Below, piece by piece: positions 32,419 through 46,117 of a DNA stretch of 64,000 nt (positions are counted from its first letter, which is position 1; the number at the start of each line of letters is the position of its first letter). Where the stretch lies: positions 3,472,001 to 3,536,000 of the forward strand of contig OX597840.1 of the NCBI GenBank assembly GCA_951406725.2, read 5' to 3'. Source of the stretch: Octopus vulgaris (lineage: Eukaryota). The notes beneath the pieces are model-generated. The model did no database searches, had not been told where the DNA came from, and saw only the letters and a program-made list of their open reading frames with translations. A program made the translations under genes and the position numbers.

Positions 32419-33105
32419 GTATGCATGTATGTATGTATGAATGTATATACGAACATTTATATATGTGTGTATGTGTATTTACATACAAAAATATATGTAT
32501 ATATAAGTATATATCTATGTGTAAATGTGTGTGTATAAGAATCTATATGTACAAGAGTAGAAATATAAATATATATTTATTCGTACGTTACGCACACTCA
32601 TATATGTATATGCTTATATATATTCATATATATAAATGCATGTATCTCTCTCTTTCTCTCTCTCTGTATAAATATATATATATTTATAGATATATGCCTA
32701 TGCTATTTATATGTATATATATTCGTATATTTATAATTGTATATTATATTCATATTTCCACATGCATATACACAAACACACACACACACATAGATACACC
32801 CACATATGCATAAATATATACAGACGTATTTGCTTAAAAGAAGTACATATATATATATACGTACATGTACTTCAAAACGCTTTCAATTACACAACATACA
32901 CAGACAACTAACTTCACTCACACACATACACGTACGCACTCACCCACACATACACACACACACTCTCTCTCTCATTCTCGCACACAAACACACACGCACA
33001 CACACACACCTATCAAACATGGACGAAGACGCAAATAATTGAGTATTTTTGAGTGGAAGAGGATTAGGGTTTGGACTGCGTAATCTGAACAAACACTTTA
33101 GACCT

Positions 33106-33155
<50 letters not shown>

Positions 33156-33304
33156 TAGGAGAAGGAGGGAGGAGAGAGGATTAGCAGCAGCAGCAGCAGG
33201 AGTAGTAGTGGTATTAGAAGCAGCAGCAGCGAGAAAAACATTATCACGAACTCGAGAAAAAAAAAAACACTGATTATTTGTGTATTTATATGTCGATTTA
33301 TGTG

Positions 33305-33369
<65 letters not shown>

Positions 33370-33584
33370 TAATACATATGTTTGTTGTCTACACCACCTG
33401 TCTTTATCTTTTGTTTTTTGTGAATTCTCCCTATATATATATATATATGTAAACAGTAAAAAATAAATACAGACATGGACAAGAACATGAAACACCAAAG
33501 AGACGACACAAGAACACAGGACGGGACATTCGAAGCCCTCATTCATCAGTCAAGAACCAGATCATCTTCGCAATTTCGGCTGAT

Positions 33585-33616
<32 letters not shown>

Positions 33617-33639
33617 TACGCATATATATATATATATAT

Positions 33640-33850
33640 TCTTTTATTCTTTTATTTTTGTCAGTCATTTGGCTGCGGCCATGCTGGGACACTACCTTTA
33701 GTAGAACAAATCGACCGTTTATTCTTTGTAAGCCTAGTACTTATTCTATCGGTTTCTTTTGTAGAACTACTACGTTACAGGGTCGTAAGCACACCAACAT
33801 CGGTTGTCAGGCGATGATGCAGGGACAAACACACGCGCACACAAGCATAT
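33640..33850 (-). mobile_element. SINE family B, 3' half
   Basis: CAGTCATTTGGCTGCGGCCATGCTGG...AGTACTTATTCTATCGGT matches the reverse complement of the tail. Confidence 0.82.
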
Positions 33851-33895
33851 ATAATCATATACTGTAGTCTCATTGAGAACACTGTTGTTTATATC

Positions 33896-33979
33896 CTCCC
33901 TGATAAGATTGATGCACTTTTCCACATTATTCTTCCACTCTGATGTATTTTAATGCATCTATCGAAACATATGGCGGTT
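33896..33979 (+). ncRNA. Degenerate type I hammerhead motif
   Basis: cc-CTGATAA-GATTGATGCA...TGCATCTATC-GAAA-CATATG-GC-gg: 9/10-bp helix II, palindromic helix III, two core substitutions. Confidence 0.5.
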
Positions 33980-34040
33980 ATATGGTGATATAAATGATTT
34001 AAATAACATCTTGGACGTTTGTCTCCATTTCCAATATTCT

Positions 34041-34078
<38 letters not shown>

Positions 34079-34093
34079 TATATACACACACAT

Positions 34094-34131
<38 letters not shown>

Positions 34132-34143
34132 TTTATATATATA

Positions 34144-34318
34144 GGGAGAGTTTACGAAAAAAATAGAAGACGAAGACAGGTGGTGTACAAAACAAACAGA
34201 TGTATTGGTATAACGCTCAGGAATAGAAAAAGTCTATTACGTTTCGAGCCTACGCTCTTCTACAGAAAGGGACACAGAAAACACGAGGAGAGAAAATGTG
34301 TGTGGTGGCCAACGATTT
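34144..34318 (-). mobile_element. ~175-bp (TA)n-flanked Penelope-like fragment (family P) with minimal hammerhead-like motif at 34234-34269
   Basis: cttt-CTGTAGA-A-GAGCgtagGCTC-GAAA-CG-TA-atag; homologous to 43541, 46218, 60087 and a 3' piece at 33367-33432. Confidence 0.7.
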
Positions 34319-34325
34319 ATCATGG

Positions 34326-34414
<89 letters not shown>

Positions 34415-34596
34415 TATATACATATATACATATGTCTGCCTGTGTGTATGTGCGTGCGTGTGTATTTGTGTGCATGTATGTGTGCGTGCATGTGTGTGTT
34501 TGTTTGTGTGTGTGTGTGTGTGTGTAGGTGTTTGTGTGTAAGTCTGCTGTGATGATCCTGCAAAGAAACATACAAAATATCTAAAGGCATATTTTC

Positions 34597-34680
34597 TCCT
34601 TCTGAAGAGATTTTGCTCAGAAAATATGAATTTAATATTTAATTAAATTCACTGTCTATAATTGAAACAGCTGTAAGGGA
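34597..34680 (+). ncRNA. Type I hammerhead ribozyme, core intact
   Basis: Helix I tcctt/aggga; CTGAAGA 34602-34608; long helix II with inner GAATTTAAT/ATTAAATTC hairpin; GAAA 34664-34667; palindromic CAGCTG; UA cleavage site after 34675. Confidence 0.72.
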
Positions 34681-34913
34681 TAATGATCGATTTGTTGCTG
34701 ATAATAAACTCTTATTAACTTCAAAATCTCCATTTTCTTCTTTTTCCTTTGCAGAATTTTTAATTACAGTTTATATACAAACGTATTATTTTAAAGAAAT
34801 CAATTCCACACCAAAATATTAGGTATTGAACCAGTATTTCGTTATATGACATCATCTCTTCAGGAGGCTAACATAACCTGTAACTGAAATATATATATAT
34901 ATATATATATATA

Positions 34914-35254
34914 CTAGCACTTGAGCCGGCAACGCTGGGTCATAGTGCTAGTGCATGCATATACAGCTGCGTGCGTGCACACATACACACGAGTACTGTC
35001 CAAATCTCCGACCAATCACATACAGCTAGCTGGCATTCAATTGGCGTATCAAGTTTCGGTCATTTTGATTGGCTTTTGGACAGAAAATTCACAAAAATGT
35101 CACTTCTGTCGATTTTTTAATGGCTTTGCGGAGTGACTGGGGGAAGGTAAAGATGTGGACGACCACCCTTGGACGGTTTTGAATGACCATAGAAAATGTA
35201 AGCCCTCTAACTGAATAACTGTTGATGTGTATAAACGACACACACATTTTGCCG

Positions 35255-35260
<6 letters not shown>
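34914..35260 (-). mobile_element. Non-autonomous Helitron
   Basis: 3' hairpin containing GGCAACGC then CTAG|T on minus strand (34914); 5' region TATATATGAACGGCA matches that of the 36277 element; 5' TC not visible. Confidence 0.65.
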
Positions 35261-35293
<33 letters not shown>

Positions 35294-35295
35294 TG

Positions 35296-35626
35296 GGGCA
35301 GGTGTAGCTGTGTGGTGAGAAGCTTGCTTCACAACCACAGGGTTCCAGGTTCAGTCCCACTGCGTGGTACCTTGGGCAAGTGTCTTCTACTATAGCCTCA
35401 GGCTCACCAAGGGCTTGTGAGTGAAATTGGTAGAAGGAAACTGAAAGAAGCCCGTCGTCACCCACCATTGATTGACAATGGGTGATCGTGTGTTTACGAC
35501 CCCGATCCGACCAAAGAGGACGATAGAATAAGTACTACGCTTACAAAGAATAAGTCCTGGGGTCGATTTCTTCGACTAAAGTCGGTGCTCCAGCGTTACC
35601 GCAGTCGACTGCAAAAAGTAAAAGAA
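35296..35626 (+). mobile_element. SINE family B with internal deletion
   Basis: Head, core and tail colinear with 7011-7410; central microsatellite missing. Confidence 0.85.
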
Positions 35627-35637
35627 TAATATATACA

Positions 35638-35937
35638 TTGTTTGTTCCTCCTTGAGCCATGCCTGGCTCATAAGGGCCGGTTTCCCGGTTTTCTTGGCGT
35701 ATAGGTTCCCCACTTGGACAGGACGCCGGTCCGTCGCAGGTGAGCTGCAAGATGCAGGAGGAAAGTGTGAGAGAAAGTTGTGGCGAAAGAGTCTGCAGAG
35801 GTTTGCCATTACATTCTGGAGCAGCGTAGAGCTTAGCCGTTTCGCTCATATACACACACATCGCCCGGTCTGAGATTCGAACCCGCGTTCTCTCGACCGC
35901 GACTCCGCTGCTCAAGTCACTAGGCCACGTGCCTCCA
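35638..35937 (-). mobile_element. tRNA-Arg-like SINE (OR2-like), full length
   Basis: GGAGGCACGTGGCCTAGTG...GGTTCGAATCT head related to 22740; distinct tail ending GGAGGAACAAACAA. Confidence 0.85.
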
Positions 35938-35974
35938 CATATATATAAAGACACACATGCAGAGACACACACAG

Positions 35975-36031
<57 letters not shown>

Positions 36032-36037
36032 TGTATA

Positions 36038-36256
36038 TATTTCTTTACTACCCACAGAGGGGACAAACAAGGCCAGACGAATGGATTAAGTCGATTACAT
36101 GGACTCCAGTGCGTAACTGGTACTTAATGTATCGACCCCGAAAGGATGAAAGGCAAAGTCGACCTCGGCGGAATTTGAACTCAGAACGTAACAGCAGACG
36201 AAATACGGCTACGCATTTCGCCCGGCGTGCTAAAGTTTCTGCCAGCTCGCCGCCTT
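36038..36256 (-). mobile_element. SINE family A, monomer
   Basis: Head plus one unit with a small tail deletion. Confidence 0.88.
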
Positions 36257-36276
36257 CATATATATGAATGTATATA

Positions 36277-36684
36277 TCTCTATATATATAAACGGCAGTT
36301 TGTCTGTCTGTGTGTCTGTGTGTCTGTCAGGTTGTACCCTCACCCTGACCACGGCTTTCAACCGATTCTGATGAAACTTGACACACACATAGCCCAATGT
36401 CATAATTCAAAACTAACGCAGCGAAAATTTTGAAAAGTTCCCCCAGTTCTGAAAAAGATCGATAAATTCGACATGGAGTCGAGAATCTAAGCTTTTTATA
36501 TGCAACACCTTTTCTGTCGGGAGACAGCTAAGAACATCATATACATAGAAGTATTCGAGTGAAGAGAAGACATTGCAACCTACACATGCGCCTTCGTTCC
36601 CTAGAGGGAAAGAACTAGATTGGGATTAGTCGTTGCCTACTAGGGGCTCTTACATACCCGGGCAACGCCGGGCTATGCTGCTAG
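36277..36684 (+). mobile_element. Non-autonomous Helitron, complete
   Basis: A|TC start, (GTCT) tract, CCCGGGCAACGCCGGG hairpin, CTAG|T end, no TSD. Confidence 0.85.
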
Positions 36685-37081
36685 TGTGATCATAAATGTG
36701 TGTGTGTGTATGTGTGTGTATTTGTGTATGTATGGGAATAGTGAGAGTGGGTGTGGGTTATGTGCGTTTGGAGAGTACATTGTCATCTCATTACATATAC
36801 TGTTGAAACGTGGTGTGATTTGTAACCTGCCATGAATGTCCTCGTAATATCTTGGGGTTGAGTATCAAACGAATTGGTGACATTCTCATTTAAGAATCCA
36901 TTAGAATTCATTTACTCCTCAGTCTCTCTTTAAATTGACAATGACATTAGCAGAAAAATCCTAATTAGAATTTACACAAAAATCGTGCTTAGCTACGAAA
37001 TTATTTGCATAATGTTACGCGGTTGAGAGCGAAACACAGACAACCAATGCAATGTGTGGTCGTGCTTACACCTCTGTGTGT

Positions 37082-37204
<123 letters not shown>

Positions 37205-37205
37205 G

Positions 37206-37239
<34 letters not shown>

Positions 37240-37241
<2 letters not shown>

Positions 37242-37475
37242 ACCTTGATTTCAGTAATTATTTCACCTCAATTGGCCCCGCTCTCTTTAACATTACACCA
37301 AAACACATTAAAACAGAAACTGACCCTGGGTTCATCTTTGGACAGATTCCTTCAAGAAATCCCGGATAAACCTACACCGGATATGTCTCTGTAAACAATA
37401 ACTCTCTACTTGAGTGGGCCATAGTGCCCAAATATAAAGACTATGGTGCTATATAGAACCTGCCATAATAAACCT
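37240..37475 (+). mobile_element. CR1/L2-group LINE 3' end remnant
   Basis: [24 protein letters not shown] then frameshift [13 protein letters not shown]; resembles the ORF2 C-terminal N.LP....FK..LD.FL motif. Confidence 0.6.
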
Positions 37476-37484
37476 ATATATCAT

Positions 37485-37656
<172 letters not shown>

Positions 37657-37657
37657 G

Positions 37658-38120
37658 AGGGCGGCGAGCTGGTAGAAACGTTAGCACGCCGGGCGAAATT
37701 CGTCTGTCGTTACGTTCCGAGTTCAAATTCCGCCGAGGTCGACTTTGCCTTTCATCCTTTCGGGGTCGATAAATTAAGTACCAGTTACGCACTGGGGTCG
37801 ATGTAGTCGACTTAATCCCTTTGTCTGTCCTTGTTTGTCCCCTCTGTGTTTAGCCTCCTGCGGGTAGTAAAGAAGTATATGTATGGAGGGCGGCGAGCTG
37901 GTAGAAAAGTTAGCGCGCCGGGTGAAAGGCGTAGCCGTATTTCGTCTGCCATTACCTTCTGAGTTCAAAAATCGCCGAGGTCGACTTTGCCTTTTATCCT
38001 TTCAGGGTCGATAAATTAAGTACCAGTTACGCACTAGGGTCGATGTAATCGACTTAATCCGTTTGTCAGTCCTTGTTTGTCCTCTCTGTGTTTAGCCCTT
38101 TTTGTGGGTAGTAAAGAAAT
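37658..38120 (+). mobile_element. Two head-to-tail SINE family A monomers, each with a head
   Basis: Copies 37658-37875 and 37887-38120, each preceded by TATATGTATGGAG. Confidence 0.9.
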
Positions 38121-38219
38121 ATATATATATATGTATGGGTGTATTTGCAGAGGTCGACTTGCCTTTCATCCTTTCGGGTTCGATAAATAAAGTACCAGTT
38201 TATTTATATATTTATATAT

Positions 38220-38370
38220 ATTTCTTTACTGCCCATAAGGGGCTAAACATAAAGGGGACAAACAAGGACAGATAAAGGGATTAAGTCGATTACATCGACC
38301 CCAGTGCGAAATTGGTTCTTTATTTATCGACTCCGAAGCGATGAGAAGCAAAGTCGACCTCGGCGGAATT
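38220..38370 (-). mobile_element. SINE family A, 3' part, inverted relative to neighbours
   Basis: TTTCTTTACTGCCC...GTCGACCTCGGCGGAATTT. Confidence 0.85.
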
Positions 38371-38402
38371 TATATATATATAACATGTGTGTCTGTGAGT
38401 GC

Positions 38403-38459
<57 letters not shown>

Positions 38460-38593
38460 AAAGAGGGTTAAAAATCCATACAAACCAAAGATTATATATT
38501 TTAAATGCTATGAGAAATGAAAAAAAAAACAGAACAGGATTAAAATGCATCAAATATGGTTAGAGCAAATCATTCTGATATATAGAGAAAGGG

Positions 38594-38629
38594 TCTTAAC
38601 GTTTCGGAGTTTAATTTTTCATCAGAAGA
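38594..38629 (-). ncRNA. Minimal type I hammerhead motif
   Basis: tctt-CTGATGA-aaaattaaactcc-GAAA-CG-TT-aaga: canonical core, 4-bp helix I, AACGTT palindrome; helix II eroded. Confidence 0.6.
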
Positions 38630-39374
38630 AATACAAAACTTCGTGTACATACATATACATATACATATACACACACACATACATATGTATATATATTTAT
38701 ATATACATACATAAATCAAATTAAGTACAGTTAACTAGAGTGCTAGTATATTGAGGTCAAAATCTTTAGTTGTCTGTCTTACCATAATTAGCTTCCCTAC
38801 TCCAGAACAGATGTTCCTCTACTTTCACTTTCAGACATAAATTTCCTCCATTTCTTTCGTTCTTTCTTTCTTTTTTCATTCTTTATCTCTCTCAATCTTG
38901 TTTATTTCTTCTTTCTTTTTTCCTTCCCTTCTTCCCACCTCGCTCTCTCTCTCTCTCTCTCTCTCTCTTAGCTTTGTTATTCCAGTCATCATATTCATAT
39001 ACGATCATTCTCTTCGTTTTTGCCTTTCCTTCCTTTCTTCTTTCCTTCTCTCTTTCTTTTCTTTGTATACACAGTCATCTCCCCACCCCATTTTCCAGTT
39101 TTCATTGATTTCCTTCAAACAACTCGTTCATATATTTATTTATTTTTTTTTTTGTTCGATGCTCCTTTTTGATAATTCTTTCTTCCAGCAAGTTATAAAC
39201 CTCTCACTCTCTTTCTCTCACGCTCATTCGCTCTCGTTCTTACTTTCTTTCTTCTCATTATCTCTCCTCTATCTATCTCTTTATCTGTTTCCCTTTCTCT
39301 CTTACTCTCTCTAAATATTTCTCTTTTACTCCTCCTTTCTCTGTCACTTTCTCTTTCTCTCTCTCTTTCATTCC

Positions 39375-39444
<70 letters not shown>

Positions 39445-39529
39445 CACGTACTCTTATTGTCTTTCCTTCAGGCTTTTCATCTGCTATATTTTGAGTCGAT
39501 ACAAATTATGATTATTGTGGTTATTAGCG

Positions 39530-39631
<102 letters not shown>

Positions 39632-39643
39632 GTAATAATAATA

Positions 39644-39689
<46 letters not shown>

Positions 39690-39769
39690 TCCTAATCTTG
39701 GATCCTTGCTTAATTACAGGATTAAACTTATATTAACAAATATGTTTTCATGTTTTCCTGTACGTGTTC

Positions 39770-39813
<44 letters not shown>

Positions 39814-40052
39814 GTATGCGTGTACATATATATATATACACATACATACATACATACTTATACATACATATCGGACAGAATAGGGAAAATAGGCACATAG
39901 ATAGATAGATAGATAGATAGAATATTATATTATATACATAGATATATACCTTTATATATGTCTATGCATTTAGAAATTTAATCAGATATATATGTATGTG
40001 TGTGTGTATGTACAGATATGTATATATATATATATATACATCTATATATATA

Positions 40053-40094
<42 letters not shown>

Positions 40095-40740
40095 CATATA
40101 TATACATATATATCATAAACATTATATATATAATATTTAATATATACATATACTTATGCATATGCATACAGAGAGTGTGAGGACAGGGAAATAGATGTAT
40201 ACACACATGTTTGTGTATACGTAACCGTACACACATACATTTATACTTGCGTACATTGATTTTTATATTTTATACATTTTGTTTGATTTATATACTTTTA
40301 TTTTTTAAATACATTTATTGAATCAATTCCTTTTTTTCGTTCCTAATTTTTTTCTGTATGATTAGCTTTCTTTCACCTTCTGGGTTACTTACTGCATAGT
40401 GGAGGGAATATGTGTGTGGTTGTGTGTGTGTATGTACCTGTATGTTGATGCGTATGTGTATATGCGTGCATATATTCTACGTATGTCTGCTAGTGATTAT
40501 TGAACGTGTGCGTATGTGTGTAAATGCACATATGCGTATGGGGATGGTAGAGGTGTGCAAATGTATATAGATATATCTGGAGGGTTTAGTTTGTGTGTAT
40601 ATATATATATGTGTGTGTGTGTGTGTGAGTTTGTTTGTGTTCGTGTGTGTGTATAAATATACATGTGTGTGTTTTTGTTTGTGTGGGTGTGTATAAATAT
40701 GTATATAAATAAATATATATTTATGTGTGAGTGTGTAAGC

Positions 40741-40783
<43 letters not shown>

Positions 40784-42006
40784 TGTGCATATATGTGTGT
40801 ATGTGTTTGTTTGTGCTCGTGTGTGTGTGTATAAATATATATGTGTGTGTTTTTGTTTGGGTTGGTGTGTATATATATATATATATGTGTGTGTTTGCGC
40901 GAGTATGTGTGTACATATACATGTGTATCTGTACGTCCGAGTGTGTGCGTATCTCTCTATGCGTCTCTCTTTTTGTGTGTCAGTGTGTATGTGAGAGAGT
41001 GGGATAGATAGAGAGAGAGTAAGGTCATGCGTACATACATTTCTTTTTCTCTGCATAACTATGTGTGTGTCTTTGAATGTCATTCTATACGCGTGTTTGC
41101 TTGTATATGCTTTTGCGTGAGTATCTATGTATAAGTATCATGTGCGTGATTGTGTGTATGTATATGTGGTTGTATGTATTTAAATACGCTTGTTTTTCTT
41201 GATTAATTATCTGGGTTTTTTATAATGCTATTAACAATTTTCTTATCCTCGTCCGATTAGCACCAGGCATCAGGATAACGTTGAGAATAAGGAGGAAGCG
41301 AAGGAAGAGAGGAAGAGTAGGAGGAGAGGAAGTGGGATTGGTAGGTCGCGTAGAGGCTAAAGTGGAGGTGTTTTTATGGAGAAAGGGTAAGTGGAGGAGG
41401 CGGGGGATGAAAGTGTGGGATGTCAGTTACGATGGTGATGATGGTATGAGAGTGGTAATTATGATAATGATGTTTCATGATGATGACAATGATGTAAAAA
41501 CCCCAAGCTAGTTAATTCGACCAGGGGGGCCACTAGCGCAACTCAGCCACAGAATTTGACTAATTTTTTTCTTTTTGATTTTTTTTTTTGGTTTTAATTT
41601 TTTTCTTTTTGAATTTTTTTTTGTTTTAATTTTTTCTTTTTCTAGTTTGCATTGAATATGCGAGGAGTTATCTCCCTTGAATATTTCCCATTGACAAAGG
41701 CTAAGCAGCTAGACACGAACGTCTGGGAATTGGCTAGAAGGCAACGACTGGGCAGATATGATAATTTTTACACCTTACTTATACAAGAGGACATTGTACT
41801 TATGGTAACTGCAGTGAATTTACCTTTAGAAGTTTAGATATGTCACAAACATATTAACTAGCATAAAGTTCGTTTTTTCCAAATCAGAGCATAGCACTGA
41901 CGCTGGTACATATGTGTGTGTACATGTGTGTGTGTGTGTACATACTAAGTTCGTTTATTCTTAATCAGGGTTGATGCCGATACACAAACACACGCGTATA
42001 TATATA

Positions 42007-42058
<52 letters not shown>

Positions 42059-42134
42059 GGAGTAAGCACATAAAGAGTTCTCAAATATCAGAGGTAGAGT
42101 AATATGCTTTATTTAAAAGCAGCAGAAATATAAC

Positions 42135-42205
42135 AAAAGCTGTTACTCAGAGTTTCACATTCACGTTCGTTGGACAGTTTTGTTAACAAAACTATCCGAC
42201 GAACG
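42135..42205 (-). ncRNA. Hammerhead-like motif with CC(G/A)ACGA core inside a 42-bp palindrome
   Basis: Minus: ctgt-CCAACGA-acgtgaatgt-GAAA-CTCTGAG-TA-acag; the mirrored arm reads CCGACGA-acg; palindrome 42164-42205 (19/21). Confidence 0.55.
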
Positions 42206-42310
42206 GATATATATATATATATACATAAATATAGAGAGAGACAGACAGACATAGACAGACAGACAAACAGACAGGCAAGCAGGCAGACAGAAAGACAGAC
42301 AGACAGACAA

Positions 42311-42569
<259 letters not shown>

Positions 42570-42749
42570 TACAGTATCAAAGATACTGCAAATAGGAATA
42601 CGAAGTGGAAAGAAATTGATCAGAATCAATGGGAAACGCCAGCGAAAAACCAGACCAGTTATGGAGACAGATTATCGAGTAATACCAAACCCATTTGCAA
42701 CCACAGTCGCGACAACTGACTACACATAATATTGATGTATATACATACA

Positions 42750-42970
42750 TAAGCAGGTCAACTGGTAGAAACGTTAGCACTCGGGGTAAAATTTCTTCGA
42801 GGCATTTCGCCCGTGTTTACGTTCTGAGTTGAAATTCTATCGAGGTCGACTTTGCCTTTCGTCATTTCGGGGTCGGCAAAATAAGCAGGAGCCGAATTCT
42901 GGAGTTCAAGTAATTAATTACACCGCCACCTCATTATCTAGCTGGCCTTGTGGCAAAGTTTGAAACCAAT
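42750..42970 (+). mobile_element. SINE family A, older subfamily
   Basis: CTGGTAGAAACGTTAGCAC head and GAGGTCGACTTTGCCTTTC core. Confidence 0.75.
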
Positions 42971-42989
42971 ATAATTCATTCATATACCT

Positions 42990-43182
42990 GTGCAGGTGGC
43001 ACGTAAAAAGCACCCACTACACTCGCGGAGTGGTTGGCGTTAGGAAGGGCATCCAGCTGTAGAAACACTGCCAGACCAGACTAGAGCCTGGGGCAGCCCC
43101 TGGCTCCCCAGACCCCGGTCGAACCGTCCAACCCGTGCTAGCGCGGAAAACGGACGTTAAACGATGATGATGATGATGATGA
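42990..43182 (+). mobile_element. 3' part of an RTE-associated short retroposon with (GAT)n tail
   Basis: TGGTTGGCGTTAGGAAGGGCATCCAGCTGTAGAAAC and GGAAAACGGACGTTAAAC(GAT)n resemble RTE-related SINE ends. Confidence 0.65.
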
Positions 43183-43184
43183 TA

Positions 43185-43419
43185 CAGGGTGTTTAAAAAT
43201 TTTCACCTCAGTGAATTTTTATTCATCCTGTGCATCACCATGGTGCTACTTCAAGAGTTTTTCGGTGAACGGATTATTTCGAAGGGACTTTGGCCAACAA
43301 GTCAACCTGATTTAACACTGGCAGACATTTTTTTCTGGGGAGTAAGTAAAGGCTCAGTGTACAAGAATTGCCCGAAAAAAGTTAAATACTTACTGCGGAG
43401 AGACTTTTTGAACACCCTG
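43185..43419 (+). mobile_element. Tc1/mariner deletion derivative
   Basis: TA|CAGGGTGTTTAAAAA...TTTTTGAACACCCTG|TA; internal ERIISKGLWPTSQPDLTLADIFFWG..KGSVY matches the WP..SPDL.P.D..LWG transposase motif. Confidence 0.88.
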
Positions 43420-43540
43420 TATATATCTATATTTGAGACGAAAGATGGAAGATGGAAAATGAAAGTGCTTTACCTGTGAACTTTCACGTCTATTCCATGC
43501 GATTTATCAACTAATAATATATATGTGTGTGTGTGTGTGT

Positions 43541-43750
43541 AGTTCAAATTTACAGAAACAAAAATGTGGAGACAGGGTAGGGAGCAACAAGCAGCTGTAA
43601 TAGTTTAACACTTGGGAAGACTGGAAAAGTATTTGACCTTTCGAGCCTATGTTCTTGGACAGAGAGGGGTGAGAGGGGAAAAATATAGACAGAACGGAAA
43701 CAAACGGAGAGAAGAAAAATGTGCAAGGGTTTAACGGTTCAACATGATAA
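43541..43750 (-). mobile_element. Family P fragment, degenerate hammerhead-like motif at 43631-43666
   Basis: ctct-CTGTCCA-A-GAACatagGCTC-GAAA-GG-TC-aaat. Confidence 0.6.
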
Positions 43751-43866
43751 AAAACACACAAATACACACACACGGATACATTTATATACACACACATCAT
43801 ATATAAACATATAAATATACACACATACATAGACATATATACTTCTATATATATACATATATATTA

Positions 43867-43913
<47 letters not shown>

Positions 43914-44475
43914 CATACTTAAAAATATATGCACACATACATAGACATATATATACACACATATATACATTAAAATATACACACACATGCATAGACACAA
44001 ATTGAGCCTGCGAAGATATATAGCAGCTAAATGTCACTCTTCTAGAACAATATTCAAATCCAGGTAGGTTTACCAAGAGAGAAAAGTAAAAAAAAATTAA
44101 AGTGTGCTTCAAGTTGAATATGTAAGTAAGGAAAATTCTTGTCTGTGTGTGTATGTATGTATGTGTGTGTGTGTGTGTGATATAGTAATGGTAGTGGGAG
44201 TGTGTAACACAGGGAAGGTTAGGGGTTTTTATGCATTGGAAGATAATTATAAAACCGACGCTCACTTTTTCAGGTGAAAGGCTTATAAAGAGACATGTGC
44301 GCGCGCTTGTGTGTGTGTGTGTGTGTGTGTGTGCGTATGTGCGAGAGTGTATGTATACAGAAACGTGGTGTTATTATTACATATTTTGGATACATGTATA
44401 TATATATATATAAGTGTATATGTGTGGGGGCGGGGAGAGAAAGAGAGTGAGATTCGCACACGCATATTTACATGA

Positions 44476-44529
<54 letters not shown>

Positions 44530-44683
44530 TAAGATGTATGCATACATATAAATGTGTGTGTGAAGTATGAATACAAATAACTTGATAGTCAGACAGACAG
44601 ACAGATACACATAGACACGCGCACTCACGCACTCACACACACTCGAATAAACGGACGGACGGCCAGTCAGAGATATATAGATA

Positions 44684-44834
<151 letters not shown>

Positions 44835-44864
44835 GTAGACAGTTGGATAGACAGATAGATAGAC

Positions 44865-44931
<67 letters not shown>

Positions 44932-46057
44932 TAGATAGATAGATAGATGGATGGATAAAAAGTTAGAACGTTTGAAAGAGAAATATATACACAAAAATCT
45001 ACACATATTTACATACCTAAATAAACAAACATATACACGTGTAGATAAATACCAGATAGCTAAAATACCAGGTTCTGGGAGATAGTATAGGATTTCCATA
45101 CCGAATTCTTCGCTTTTTCAGACAAGAATATTTCCTTCCCGAAGTTGCCATAAATATAACTGGCTCCTTTTCTACGAATCAATGTATATAGTGCGTCTGT
45201 GCGTCTCTCTGTGTGTGTAGAATTATATGTGTGTATATATGAATTCGTGTGTTGAGTGTAGGATTTTTTGTGTGTGTTTGTGTTAATCTATGTCTGGTGT
45301 TGTTTGTAGAATGTTGTTACATTAATATCAAAATTTCCTGTCTGTTTCTGGGATGGTATTTCAACGGAGAATGTAGCAATGGCGTGTATAAATGTGTTTG
45401 TGTGAGTATACATACACACACACACAAACACATACACACCACACACACACACACGGACACACACACATACACATATGCAGTTATACGCAGACACATACAG
45501 AAACAATAGTGTATATGCATAAATATTGACACATGTATATATACATAGCTATATGTATGTATGTATGTATATGTATGTACGTACGTACGTATATATCTAC
45601 GTATCTATCTATTTATACCCGTATATATGTATATATATATATGTGTGTGTATGTATGTATTTAATATATGTATGTATTATGTGTGTGCACGTCTGTATGC
45701 ATGTATATACGTATGTATGCATGTTTGTATCTATGTATGTGTGTATATATGTATGTGTGTGTGCATATATGTATGTATCTATGTATTACATATGTGTGTA
45801 TTTATATGTGTGTATGCATGTATGTTCGTATGTACGTATGTGTGTATGTATATATGAATGTGTATATGTGCGTATGTATGTATCTATGTATGTCTGTTTA
45901 TATGTATGTGTGCATATATGTATATTATCATCGAATAGTCCAGCAATGGTTTAGCTAGTTGAAACTTCGATGTCACTATCAATATATATATATACATTTA
46001 TATATGTATCTATGTATCTATGTATATGTAATTTTACGTGTGTATATATATTTATAT

Positions 46058-46117
<60 letters not shown>

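Noticed and set aside
33520-33555. Hammerhead on minus strand (CTGATGA...GAATGTC)
   Set aside because: GAAT instead of GAAA and no helix I or III pairing.
41500-41830. Complex block with GAGTTATCTCCCTT motif, possible transposon
   Set aside because: Only a short motif resembling one near 60021; no termini or second copy to define an element.
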